A stretch of DNA of 64,000 nucleotides from Candidatus Limnocylindrus sp. Lineage in GTDB: Bacteria; Chloroflexota; Limnocylindria; Limnocylindrales; Limnocylindraceae. The notes under the pieces were generated by a model. That model saw nothing but the letters and a program-made list of their open reading frames with translations. It was not told the DNA's origin and searched no databases. Where the stretch lies: the NCBI GenBank assembly GCA_040397175.1, contig JBBAWM010000003.1, positions 83,599-147,598 of the forward strand, read 5' to 3'. Made by a program: the position numbers and the translations under genes. Position 1 is the stretch's first letter. Each line of letters starts with the position of its first letter. Shown here one piece after another: positions 56,153 through 64,000 of the stretch.

Positions 56153-56623
56153 TTAGCGGTCGTCTCGAGCGTCGACGATCTGCGCCACGCCCGAGATCCA
56201 GACCCCCAGCGCGATCAACGTGATCCAGAGGCCAGGTGCGTGGTCGACACCGAAAACAGAGGAGAGGGGAAGGTCGTACCCAGTTGCGGTCACCGCTGCC
56301 CCGATGAGTGTGGCGATAAAGCCGAGGGAGGCGACGCTCACCAGCCCCACATGGACCGGCCACCAGTCGAATCGAAGCTGCTCGCCAAAGGCATCGGGGG
56401 CGATCAGCAGGAAGAGTGTGGCGAGGGCAACGAAGAACCCAGCCGCTCCGTAGGTGTCGAAGGCGTTCCCCACGGTTGCGGGCACGCCAGGGGCGGCGAG
56501 GGTCCACCAGGCGGGCAGCGCGCCGAGCACTACGCCTGCGGCCCCGATGCCGCTCAGGCGTCGACCACTGCTGCGCCGGAAGAGATCCCCTGAGGTCGAC
56601 TGAATGCGGCCGATCGGCTTCAT
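56153..56623 (-). CDS. Membrane protein (hypothetical)
   Basis: 156 aa with 4 TM helices. Confidence 0.5.
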   Translation of the reverse strand: MKPIGRIQSTSGDLFRRSSGRRLSGIGAAGVVLGALPAWWTLAAPGVPATVGNAFDTYGAAGFFVALATLFLLIAPDAFGEQLRFDWWPVHVGLVSVASLGFIATLIGAAVTATGYDLPLSSVFGVDHAPGLWITLIALGVWISGVAQIVDARDDR

Positions 56624-56627
56624 CCAG

Positions 56628-57209
56628 CTACTCCTTGCCGAGGATTGATGCGTACATGGATGGCTTCAGCACGCCGACGTACGGCAGGTTGCGGTACTGC
56701 TCACCGAAGTCGAGGCCGTAGCCGACGACAAACTTGTCGGGAATCTCGAAGCCCATCCACTCCACGGGGATCTCCACAACTCGTCGGGCCGGCTTGCTGA
56801 GCAGGGTGACGATCTTGATCGAGCGCGGGCTCCTCCCCGCCAGGTAGTTCGTGAGGTAGTTCAGGGTGATGCCTGTATCAATGATGTCTTCGACGATGAG
56901 GACGTCGCGACCCTCAATCGTTCCGGAGAGGTCTTTCAGGATGCGCACGGTGCCGCTCGACTCGGTGCTCTTGCCGCCGTCGTACGACGAAACCTCCATG
57001 AGGTCAATCTGCACGTTGCCTGGAATGGCGCGCATGAGATCGGCGACGAAGACGATGGCACCCTTCAGCACGCTCACAAGGATGAGCGAATCGTTTCCCG
57101 CATACGCCGCGCCAATCTCAGCGCCGAGCTCGCGCACACGCGCGTGGATGGCCGCTTCGGTAATCAGTACCGACTCGATGTCATCGTGCGGGTTCTGGCT
57201 CGCCGCCAT
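56628..57209 (-). CDS. hpt: Hypoxanthine-guanine phosphoribosyltransferase
   Basis: PRT motif VLIVEDIIDTGITL. GGGAGGAG Shine-Dalgarno 5 nt upstream of Met42 of the track ORF. Confidence 0.9.
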   Translation of the reverse strand: MAASQNPHDDIESVLITEAAIHARVRELGAEIGAAYAGNDSLILVSVLKGAIVFVADLMRAIPGNVQIDLMEVSSYDGGKSTESSGTVRILKDLSGTIEGRDVLIVEDIIDTGITLNYLTNYLAGRSPRSIKIVTLLSKPARRVVEIPVEWMGFEIPDKFVVGYGLDFGEQYRNLPYVGVLKPSMYASILGKE

Positions 57210-57286
57210 GGTTGCTCCTCCCGATTTGGCGCCCCCGCTGGGGCGTGCCACTCTGCGACCGAATCGTAGCATCGCAGCGTGATCAG

Positions 57287-57303
57287 ATACTCTCAGGGGG
57301 TAT
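57287..57303. promoter_or_regulatory. CsoR-type operator-like pseudo-palindrome ATACTCTCAGGGGGTAT
   Basis: Matches the ATACCC-N3-GGGGGTAT architecture of Gram-positive CsoR operators. Overlaps the csoR start codon in the hpt/csoR divergent region. Confidence 0.4.
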
Positions 57304-57631
57304 GGCAGAACACGTTGGGCATAGCTACACAAAAGACCGCAAGGTCCTCCTTAATCGTCTGCGACGGCTTGAGGGACAGGTGCGCGGGATTGCGCGCATG
57401 GTTGACCGCGAGGAGTATTGCGTCGACATCCTGCAACAGACCTCCGCACTTCGCGCCGCGGTCGACGCGCTTGGCCTCCTGATCCTCGAAGACCACATTC
57501 GCGGCTGCATGAAAGATGCAGCAGAGAAGGGTGATGCTGAGAAGTCCATCGAAGAGGTGCTCGACGTCGTACGTCGCTCCATGGGCCGACCGGCGCGCGG
57601 CGCGACGCCGAAGAGTGGAGCGACGGACTGA
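57302..57631 (+). CDS. csoR: CsoR/RcnR-family metal-sensing transcriptional repressor
   Basis: Four-helix-bundle pattern with C…H…C ligand set (YCVDIL…EDHIRGC). Start at Met31 of the track ORF, preceded by AGGGGG Shine-Dalgarno. Confidence 0.8.
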   Translation: MAEHVGHSYTKDRKVLLNRLRRLEGQVRGIARMVDREEYCVDILQQTSALRAAVDALGLLILEDHIRGCMKDAAEKGDAEKSIEEVLDVVRRSMGRPARGATPKSGATD

Positions 57632-57681
57632 GCCCCGACACGACGCCACCTGTACGCACACCGCTCCCCACCGATCCGAGT

Positions 57682-58401
57682 GTGCTGCCACCCTCCGAGC
57701 GCGACACGCTAGAGGAACTTGCACGCCAGTTGACCGCTGCAACACTGCCGGAACTCTCTGATGCAGAGCGCGCCGTCGTTACTGCGCACCTGCGTCTCTT
57801 GGACGCATGGAATCCGGCAATCAACCTCACGCGCGTGAGTGATCCACGTGAGCGAGCAACGCGACATTTCCTCGACTCACTCGTTGCCGTCCCGCACATT
57901 GAGCACCTGCTCCCCGATGGTCACGGCAAGATCGCCGACCTCGGCTCTGGCGGCGGATTCCCTGGCATACCGTTGGGCGCACGATTGCTCTTACTCCACG
58001 ACGGCCTCTCGATGACACTCATTGAATCGATCGGCAAGAAGGCGCGCTTTTTGGAGGCGGTGACGACGGCAAGCGGGCTTGCACCGCGGCTGCGCGTTGC
58101 CCATGCACGGGCTGAGGATCTGGCGTTGGGTGGTGGTGTTCGCTTCGACGTGATCACTGCGCGAGCAATCGCGCCGCTGGGAGAGTTGATCCGACTTGCA
58201 GCACCGATCCTTACGCCAAGGGGCTCGCTGCTGGCCTGGAAGCGCGCGGGAGATGACGTGGACGCAGAGCTCAGCGCCGCCTCCTCCCACATCGGATCCA
58301 GCGCGATTGAGGTGATTTCCGTGAACGTCGCTGCGCTCCCGGGGGCGCTCCTGGTGCGCGTTACCCCGCATGAATCTGAACGGGTGCGAGCTCAGGTATA
58401 G
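57682..58401 (+). CDS. rsmG: 16S rRNA (guanine527-N7)-methyltransferase
   Basis: ADLGSGGGFPGIPLGA SAM-binding motif; GidB-family length. Confidence 0.85.
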   Translation: MLPPSERDTLEELARQLTAATLPELSDAERAVVTAHLRLLDAWNPAINLTRVSDPRERATRHFLDSLVAVPHIEHLLPDGHGKIADLGSGGGFPGIPLGARLLLLHDGLSMTLIESIGKKARFLEAVTTASGLAPRLRVAHARAEDLALGGGVRFDVITARAIAPLGELIRLAAPILTPRGSLLAWKRAGDDVDAELSAASSHIGSSAIEVISVNVAALPGALLVRVTPHESERVRAQV

Positions 58402-58464
58402 GATTAGGGCAATAGCGACCGATTAGGAACCCCTGAATCCACGGGAAAGGTGCAGTGAAGCGCG

Positions 58465-60477
58465 ATGACCTCTGACCAGCAGAAGGGGAAGCCCGACTGG
58501 CACCACAACCACAATGGCGAAGAGCTCTTCGTTGAGCCTCAGCCCGATCATCTCGTTGCGTCGGAGGCGGGGAGCACCGCCTCAGACCTCGGCGTCGTGG
58601 GCGAGGCAACCCACGCCGCGAAGCGGGCGCTCCTGGGCCGACCTCTCTCCAATGCCGAGGAGGGGGAGCAGCGCCTCAGCCGCAAGCTCGCGCTCCCAAT
58701 CTTCTCGTCGGATGCGATCTCGTCGAGCGCCTACGCCAGCGAAGAGATCCTATTGGTGCTCGCCGGAGCTGGTGCCAGCTTCTTGGTCTACGGGCCAATT
58801 GTTGCCCTGGGGATCGGGTTACTGCTCGGCCTCATCGCCATCAGCTACCGACAGGTCTGCTTCGGGTTTCCGAATGGTGGCGGCGCGTACGCGGTCGCTA
58901 AGAGCACCTTCGGAACCTGGCCGGCCCTCGTCGCCGCATCTAGCCTGATCGTCGACTACATCCTCACCGCCGCCGTCAGCACCGCGGCCGGCATCGCCGC
59001 CATCACGTCAGCTATCCCATCGCTTGCAGGCGTACGTCTCGAGCTTGCTCTCGGCGCGATGGGCCTCCTGGTGTTGGCAAACCTCCGCGGGCTGCGCGAA
59101 TCGGGTCGCATCTTTGCCCTGCCGACGTACCTCTTTGTTGTCGGCGCATTTGGGGTAATCGGCGTCGGCCTAATCAAGATCATCACCGGCGATCCTGCAG
59201 TGACCTGGAGCCAAGGTGTGGTGGTGCAGGCGCAAGAGACTGCAACCATCCTCTTGCCGATCTTGCTACTCAAGGCGTTTGCGCACGGATCTGTTGCGCT
59301 GACTGGCACCGAAGCGATCAGCAACGGCGTTGCCTCGTTCAAGAAGCCAGAGGCGAAGAATGCGGCATCGACCCTCGTCGTCATGGCGGTGCTGCTCGGA
59401 ACCCTCTTTGTCGGTATCTCCCTCATTGCCTTTGCCTACGGAAAGGTGCCGCAAGGCATTGGCGGCGAGACACTGCTCTCGCAGATCGCACGCACCTCAT
59501 TTGGAAGCGGACCACTCTATGCACTATTCCAAGTCGCAACGACTGGGATCTTGCTCCTTGCGGCGAATACTGGATTCAACGGCGGGCCGCAGCTTGCGCG
59601 CATCTTGGCGGTTGATGGCTACCTGCCACGACAGGTTGGCCAGCGTAGTGACCGCCTCGCGTACGGCGCAGGCATCATCATCATCGCGCTCGCGGCGGCG
59701 CTCCTGCTCATCGGCACCGATGCAGTGGTCACCGCCCTCGTTCCGGCATACGCCATCGGTGTCTTCGTCGGCTTTACGATTAGCCAGGCCGGCATGGTCT
59801 TGCACTGGCGACGATTGCGAAATACAGGGTGGGCTGGGCGCGCACTGCTCAATGGCTTGGGCGCTGTCGTTACAGCCGTGGTCCTGATCGTGATCACCGC
59901 TGCCAAGTTCACCGACGGCGGGTACTTGGTATTCATCTTGATTCCGTTGCTCACCATCTTCATGAAGTTAGTGCGTAATCGCTACAACCTGCACGAACGC
60001 GAACTCTCGATCAAGCCCGGTGTTGTATTTGATGCGCCACATCGTCCACGCCGCATTCTCGCGCCGTTTGGTGAAATCAATCGTTCGACAGTTCGCGCGA
60101 TTACGCTCGGTCGAATCCTTGAGGCCGAGAATGGTGAGCTCACCGCGATTCGCGTGGTCTTTAGTGACGATGAGGAGCGCGAGGTGCGCACGCGCTTTGA
60201 GACGCTCTTCCCTGGCGTTCGCCTCGTGACGGTTGATTCGCCGTTCCGCGCCATCGTGGAGCCGATCTGCCACTACCTTGATGAGATTGAGAGCGAGGAT
60301 GAGCACCTGCCAACAGAGGAGCGCCGCATCAATGTAGTGATGATTCCGGAGTACGCCGGCCGACACTGGTGGGATCGCATCCTGCATAACGGCAACGGGA
60401 AGCGCCTCCGTGAGACGCTGCTCGGCCGACGCAACACGGTGATCCTCGATATTCCGTACCGCCGCGACCTCGAGTAG
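58465..60477 (+). CDS. APC-superfamily amino acid/polyamine permease with about 180-aa cytoplasmic C-terminal domain
   Basis: 12 TM helices with APC-type GGAYAVAKSTFG region; hydrophilic C-terminal extension. Confidence 0.75.
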   Translation: MTSDQQKGKPDWHHNHNGEELFVEPQPDHLVASEAGSTASDLGVVGEATHAAKRALLGRPLSNAEEGEQRLSRKLALPIFSSDAISSSAYASEEILLVLAGAGASFLVYGPIVALGIGLLLGLIAISYRQVCFGFPNGGGAYAVAKSTFGTWPALVAASSLIVDYILTAAVSTAAGIAAITSAIPSLAGVRLELALGAMGLLVLANLRGLRESGRIFALPTYLFVVGAFGVIGVGLIKIITGDPAVTWSQGVVVQAQETATILLPILLLKAFAHGSVALTGTEAISNGVASFKKPEAKNAASTLVVMAVLLGTLFVGISLIAFAYGKVPQGIGGETLLSQIARTSFGSGPLYALFQVATTGILLLAANTGFNGGPQLARILAVDGYLPRQVGQRSDRLAYGAGIIIIALAAALLLIGTDAVVTALVPAYAIGVFVGFTISQAGMVLHWRRLRNTGWAGRALLNGLGAVVTAVVLIVITAAKFTDGGYLVFILIPLLTIFMKLVRNRYNLHERELSIKPGVVFDAPHRPRRILAPFGEINRSTVRAITLGRILEAENGELTAIRVVFSDDEEREVRTRFETLFPGVRLVTVDSPFRAIVEPICHYLDEIESEDEHLPTEERRINVVMIPEYAGRHWWDRILHNGNGKRLRETLLGRRNTVILDIPYRRDLE

Positions 60478-60560
60478 GCGCCACCCCCTAACCCCCTCGG
60501 ACACTCCCCCGTGCCGCGCGCCGTCCCCGCCCCTGTGCCTGCCACCTTGTGGATAACTCT

Positions 60561-60581
60561 CTTGACAATGGTATTGATAAG
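60561..60581. promoter_or_regulatory. Imperfect dyad CTTGACAA-N5-TTGATAAG upstream of hspR-lon (HAIR-like candidate operator/promoter)
   Basis: Left half matches the CTTGA of the HspR HAIR consensus CTTGAGT-N7-ACTCAAG; contains a TTGACA hexamer; 17 bp upstream of hspR GTG. Confidence 0.3.
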
Positions 60582-60597
60582 GTTGTAGCCTGTTGGG

Positions 60598-60954
60598 GTG
60601 TTGAAGAGCAGGGGTGCCGGGGTCGATCCAGCACGACCGGTCTACGTGATCAGCGTGGCCGCCAACATCGTCTCGGTCCACCCTCGCACGCTGCGCATCT
60701 ATGAGGACGAGGGCCTGATCTGCCCCTCCCGCACCGAGTCGAACATTCGCCTCTTCTCTGAAAACGACCTTCGGCGGATCCTCTGGATACGACACCTCAC
60801 ACAAGACTTTGGGGTCAATCTCGCCGGCATCAAGCTCCTCTTCGAGCTTGAAGAGCGGCTCGGCGAACGAATCTTGGAGCGACTGTACGAAGAGGGCCAA
60901 GCGAACGAGGCGAAGCGAGCGCCGCAGGAAGCGGCAGGAAGGGGACGAGCATGA
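60598..60954 (+). CDS. hspR: MerR-family heat-shock repressor HspR-like
   Basis: VYVISVAANIVSVHPRTLRIYEDEGLICPSRT matches the HspR HTH. ATGA overlap with lon. Confidence 0.8.
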   Translation: MLKSRGAGVDPARPVYVISVAANIVSVHPRTLRIYEDEGLICPSRTESNIRLFSENDLRRILWIRHLTQDFGVNLAGIKLLFELEERLGERILERLYEEGQANEAKRAPQEAAGRGRA

Positions 60955-63464
60955 GTGAGCGAACCGAGCGGGAGATTCAGGCAGACCTTGATGACGAATT
61001 GAACGAAGAGGAGCAGCTCGCGATCGACGAGGCGGTTGCCGCAAGCGACGACGATACAGTCGTGCACCGTGGACGCGGCGCATTCCCCCTGGTCCCCCTG
61101 CGCGAGATCGTCATCTTCCCCGAGATGGTTGCGCCACTCAAGGTTGGCCGCGACAAGAGCGTTGCCGCCATTCGTGCCGCGACTGCTGCTGGCGGTTGGA
61201 TCGCCCTGGTCACCCAGCGCGAGCCAGAGCAAGAGGAGATCACCTCGGTCGAACAGCTGCATGCCATGGGCACGCTCGCCAAGATCGCGCAGGTGGTGAA
61301 CCTCCCCGACGGCACCCTTCGCGCCGTCGTGCAGGGTCAGCGTCGCTTCCGGGTGAAGTCGCTCGACACCACTGGTGCCGCACTCATGCTGAAAGGCACC
61401 ATCGTAGAGACGCCTGAGGTCACTGGCGTTGAGGTCGAAGCGTTGATGCGCAGCGTGCAGGCGCAGGTAGAGACGTATGTCACCTCCGGCGCACCAGTTC
61501 CGCCTGAGGCGGCCGTTGCTGCGAAGAACATCAGCGATCCTGGTTTGCTTGCCGACATGACCGCGTACACCCCCGACATGACGACTGAGCAGCGCCAGGA
61601 GCTGCTCGAAACGATCGATGTGGTTGCGCGACTGAAGTACGTCGCATCGTTCTTGTCGCGACAGATTGAGATCCTCGAGATCAAGGGGAAGATCCAGTCT
61701 GACGTGCGCTCCGAGATGGATAAAAGCCAGCGTGAGTACTTCTTGCGCGAACAGCTCAAGGCAATCCAGCGTGAGCTTGGCGAAGAGGATCCGCAGCAGG
61801 CGGAAACGAATGAGTTGCGCGAGAAGGTGGAAGCCTCGGGCATGCCCGAAGAGATTAAGGCGCGCGCACTCAAGGAGCTTGACCGCATGAGTCGCATCCC
61901 TTCGGCCTCACCTGAGGTTGGTGTGATTCGCACCTACGTCGATTGGCTCATCTCGATGCCGTGGAATATCGCCACCGAAGATCGCATCGAAATCAAGGAG
62001 GCGGCCAAGGTGCTCGCCGATGATCACTACGGCCTGGAGAAGGTGAAGGAGCGCATCATCGAGTATCTCGCGGTCCGCAAGCTTGCGCCGCAGGTGAAGA
62101 GCCCAATCCTCTGCTTCGCTGGCCCTCCAGGGGTTGGCAAGACGTCGCTCGGGAAGTCGATTGCTCGCGCGATGGGCCGCAAGTTCGTGCGCATGAGCCT
62201 TGGTGGCTTGCACGACGAGGCGGAGATCCGCGGGCACCGACGCACCTACATCGGCGCACTCCCCGGCCGCATTGCGCAGGGGATCAAGCAGGCGGGAACA
62301 AAGAACCCGGTCTTCATGCTCGATGAGATCGACAAGCTCGGCGCGGACTTCCGCGGCGACCCGTCGTCGGCGCTCCTTGAAGTGCTCGACCCGGAGCAGA
62401 ACTCAACCTTCCAGGACAATTACCTCGAAGTAGAGTTCGACCTCTCGCAGGTGCTCTTCGTTGCGACTGCGAACCAGCTCGATACGATCCCTGCGCCGCT
62501 GCGCGATCGCATGGAGATCATCCAGATTCCTGGGTACACCGAAGCGGAGAAGGTGCAGATTGCGAAGCGGTACATCCTGCCAAAGCAGCGGGAGAATCAC
62601 GGGCTGACTGAGGCGCAGGCGATCGTTCCAGACGAGACGCTCGTGCACCTGATCCGTCACTACACGCGCGAGGCGGGCGTGCGTAATGCGGAGCGAGAGA
62701 TTGCGACCGTCATGCGCAAGCTAGCGCGCGCCGTTGCGGAAAAGAAGGGGCGCAAGCCCGAGGTCGACGTAAAGCGTCTCGCGACCTGGCTCGGGCCAGA
62801 GCGCCACGAGTACGGCGAGATGGATAACGACGACCAGGTCGGTTCGGCGACCGGCCTCGTTGTAACGCCAGTCGGCGGTGACGTGGTCACCGTCGAGGTT
62901 GGCGTCATGGAGGGCCGTGAGGAGCTGATCCTCACCGGCCAACTTGGCGACGTGATGAAGGAGTCGGCGCGCGCCGCCCTCACCTGGATCAAGGCGCACG
63001 GAGCGGAACTTGGCATCGCGCCAGAGCGATTCGAGAAGTCTGGTCTGCACATTCACGTTCCAGCGGGCGCCATTCCGAAGGATGGTCCTTCGGCGGGCGT
63101 GACGATGGCGACGGCAATCGTGTCGGCGCTCACCGGCATTCCGGTGCGCAAAGAGGTGGCGATGACCGGCGAGATCACCCTACGTGGCCGCGTGCTGCCG
63201 ATCGGTGGCCTCAAGAGCAAGGCGCTGGCAGCGCATGCTTCGGGTGCTCGTGTGGTGCTCATTCCGAAGAAGAACGAGAAGGACCTGCCGGAGATCCCAG
63301 AGGAGATCCGCAAGTCCCTGAAGATCATTCCGGTCGAGACGATCAGCCAGGTGCTGGAGCACGCCCTGCGCCGCAAGCCGAAGCCGCTCCCAGCAAACCA
63401 TGGCACGCCACGCCCGCCACGGATCCCCGTGCGAGCACATGACACTACCAGTCGGCCAAGCTGA
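60951..63464 (+). CDS. lon: ATP-dependent Lon protease
   Basis: 837 aa with LON N-domain, AAA+ (GPPGVGKTS Walker A, DEIDK Walker B) and S16 peptidase domain with catalytic Ser-Lys (PKDGPSAGV…K). Confidence 0.95.
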   Translation: MSERTEREIQADLDDELNEEEQLAIDEAVAASDDDTVVHRGRGAFPLVPLREIVIFPEMVAPLKVGRDKSVAAIRAATAAGGWIALVTQREPEQEEITSVEQLHAMGTLAKIAQVVNLPDGTLRAVVQGQRRFRVKSLDTTGAALMLKGTIVETPEVTGVEVEALMRSVQAQVETYVTSGAPVPPEAAVAAKNISDPGLLADMTAYTPDMTTEQRQELLETIDVVARLKYVASFLSRQIEILEIKGKIQSDVRSEMDKSQREYFLREQLKAIQRELGEEDPQQAETNELREKVEASGMPEEIKARALKELDRMSRIPSASPEVGVIRTYVDWLISMPWNIATEDRIEIKEAAKVLADDHYGLEKVKERIIEYLAVRKLAPQVKSPILCFAGPPGVGKTSLGKSIARAMGRKFVRMSLGGLHDEAEIRGHRRTYIGALPGRIAQGIKQAGTKNPVFMLDEIDKLGADFRGDPSSALLEVLDPEQNSTFQDNYLEVEFDLSQVLFVATANQLDTIPAPLRDRMEIIQIPGYTEAEKVQIAKRYILPKQRENHGLTEAQAIVPDETLVHLIRHYTREAGVRNAEREIATVMRKLARAVAEKKGRKPEVDVKRLATWLGPERHEYGEMDNDDQVGSATGLVVTPVGGDVVTVEVGVMEGREELILTGQLGDVMKESARAALTWIKAHGAELGIAPERFEKSGLHIHVPAGAIPKDGPSAGVTMATAIVSALTGIPVRKEVAMTGEITLRGRVLPIGGLKSKALAAHASGARVVLIPKKNEKDLPEIPEEIRKSLKIIPVETISQVLEHALRRKPKPLPANHGTPRPPRIPVRAHDTTSRPS

Positions 63465-63473
63465 TCGAACGCG

Positions 63474-64000
63474 TTGATCAACCGACTCGCAGATCGTATT
63501 GAGGAGGCGCTCCGTCGCGATGCGACGGGGCGTCTCCCCGCACTCCCCCTTCCACTCCCTGAGGCGCTCACCCCGCTCCGCCTTCCAGGCCTAGAGCCTG
63601 TCGACCTCAATCCGCCCCCAAGCGCAAATCCGCGCATCGCCGTGGTGACCGCACTCCTGGTGCCGCCGCTGGCGCTGGGAAGCTGTAGCCTAACGGGTGG
63701 TGGCGATGGTGTTGACCCGCATCCATTTGACTGCCAGGTGCTGCTCATTCGACGGGCGGAACACGGACGGCACGGCGGACAAATTGCACTACCAGGGGGT
63801 GAACTCGAAGGCGGCGAAACCCCGCAAGAGACGGCCATCCGCGAGCTCCATGAAGAGCTTGGGTTTCACGCCGCCGATCCTGAACATGAGATTCGATTCG
63901 TCGGCTCGCTCGATCCCGCATATGTTCCGGCCAGCAACTTCCTGGTGCAAGTGCTCGTTGCAGTAGCTCCACAAACGCCACACATCACGCCCGACCCGCG
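63474..64000 (+). CDS. NUDIX hydrolase (CoA pyrophosphatase NudL-like); 3' end outside window
   Basis: Nudix box GGELEGGETPQETAIRELHEELG. Upstream NudL-like PRIAVVTALLVPP region. Only a TTG (63474) precedes it in frame after the lon stop. Confidence 0.6.
   Translation, partial: MINRLADRIEEALRRDATGRLPALPLPLPEALTPLRLPGLEPVDLNPPPSANPRIAVVTALLVPPLALGSCSLTGGGDGVDPHPFDCQVLLIRRAEHGRHGGQIALPGGELEGGETPQETAIRELHEELGFHAADPEHEIRFVGSLDPAYVPASNFLVQVLVAVAPQTPHITPDP

Noticed and set aside
60561-60600. Possible sigma-70 promoter (TTGACA at 60562) for hspR
   Set aside because: No acceptable -10 hexamer at 16-18 bp spacing, so only the dyad is reported.
59968-61083. 371-aa ORF on the minus strand opposite the APC permease 3' end, hspR and lon 5' end
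   Set aside because: Shadow ORF typical of high-GC DNA. Arg/Pro-rich, no motifs, and fully overlapped by well-supported genes on the plus strand.
63053-63838. 261-aa Arg/Ser-rich ORF antisense to lon
   Set aside because: Low-complexity composition; antisense to a highly conserved gene; no start context.
1-64000. Search for CRISPR arrays, transposases, integrases, rRNA
   Set aside because: No direct-repeat/spacer structure, no DDE/tyrosine recombinase ORFs and no rRNA-like sequence were seen.

Overview
High-GC (~63-66%) bacterial chromosome segment, densely coding on both strands. About 70 protein genes and three tRNAs (Glu-TTC, Asp-GTC, Arg-CCG) are supported. No rRNA, CRISPR array, transposase or integrase was seen. 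Gene content (PASTA Ser/Thr kinase, Mca/MshB-like PIG-L deacetylase, HspR-Lon, DsbA-VKOR, Cheo-type LexA box) fits an actinobacterium-like or Chloroflexi-like lineage. Recognisable blocks: a folate operon (folC plus a folP-folB fusion); galU-pknB; histidinol phosphatase plus MBL hydrolases; argS; a one-carbon/THF island (formiminotransferase, fhs, folD, separately encoded cyclodeaminase); an SOS module (dinB, anti-sigma/ECF sigma, lexA with SOS box) lying between rplI and dnaB; an MFS transporter convergent on a translationally coupled nucleoside hydrolase-Rieske oxygenase pair, whose divergent neighbour is an ATPase-SARP regulator; dsbA-vkor; zur-znuACB with a perfect palindromic Zur box; a dTDP-rhamnose operon (rmlBADC) with a GT2 glycosyltransferase that carries a low-GC catalytic domain; two tandem cyclophilins; a NYN-holB-unknown-thioesterase string with a secreted DUF1524 nuclease; hpt, csoR, rsmG, an APC permease; an hspR-lon operon; and a partial NudL-like NUDIX gene. 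The most interesting candidates are the nucleoside hydrolase/Rieske oxygenase catabolic pair, the NYN protein with a histone-like tail, the PD-(D/E)xK-like protein after holB, dinB with a non-canonical start fused to the rplI stop, and several clean operator palindromes (Zur, LexA, CsoR-like).
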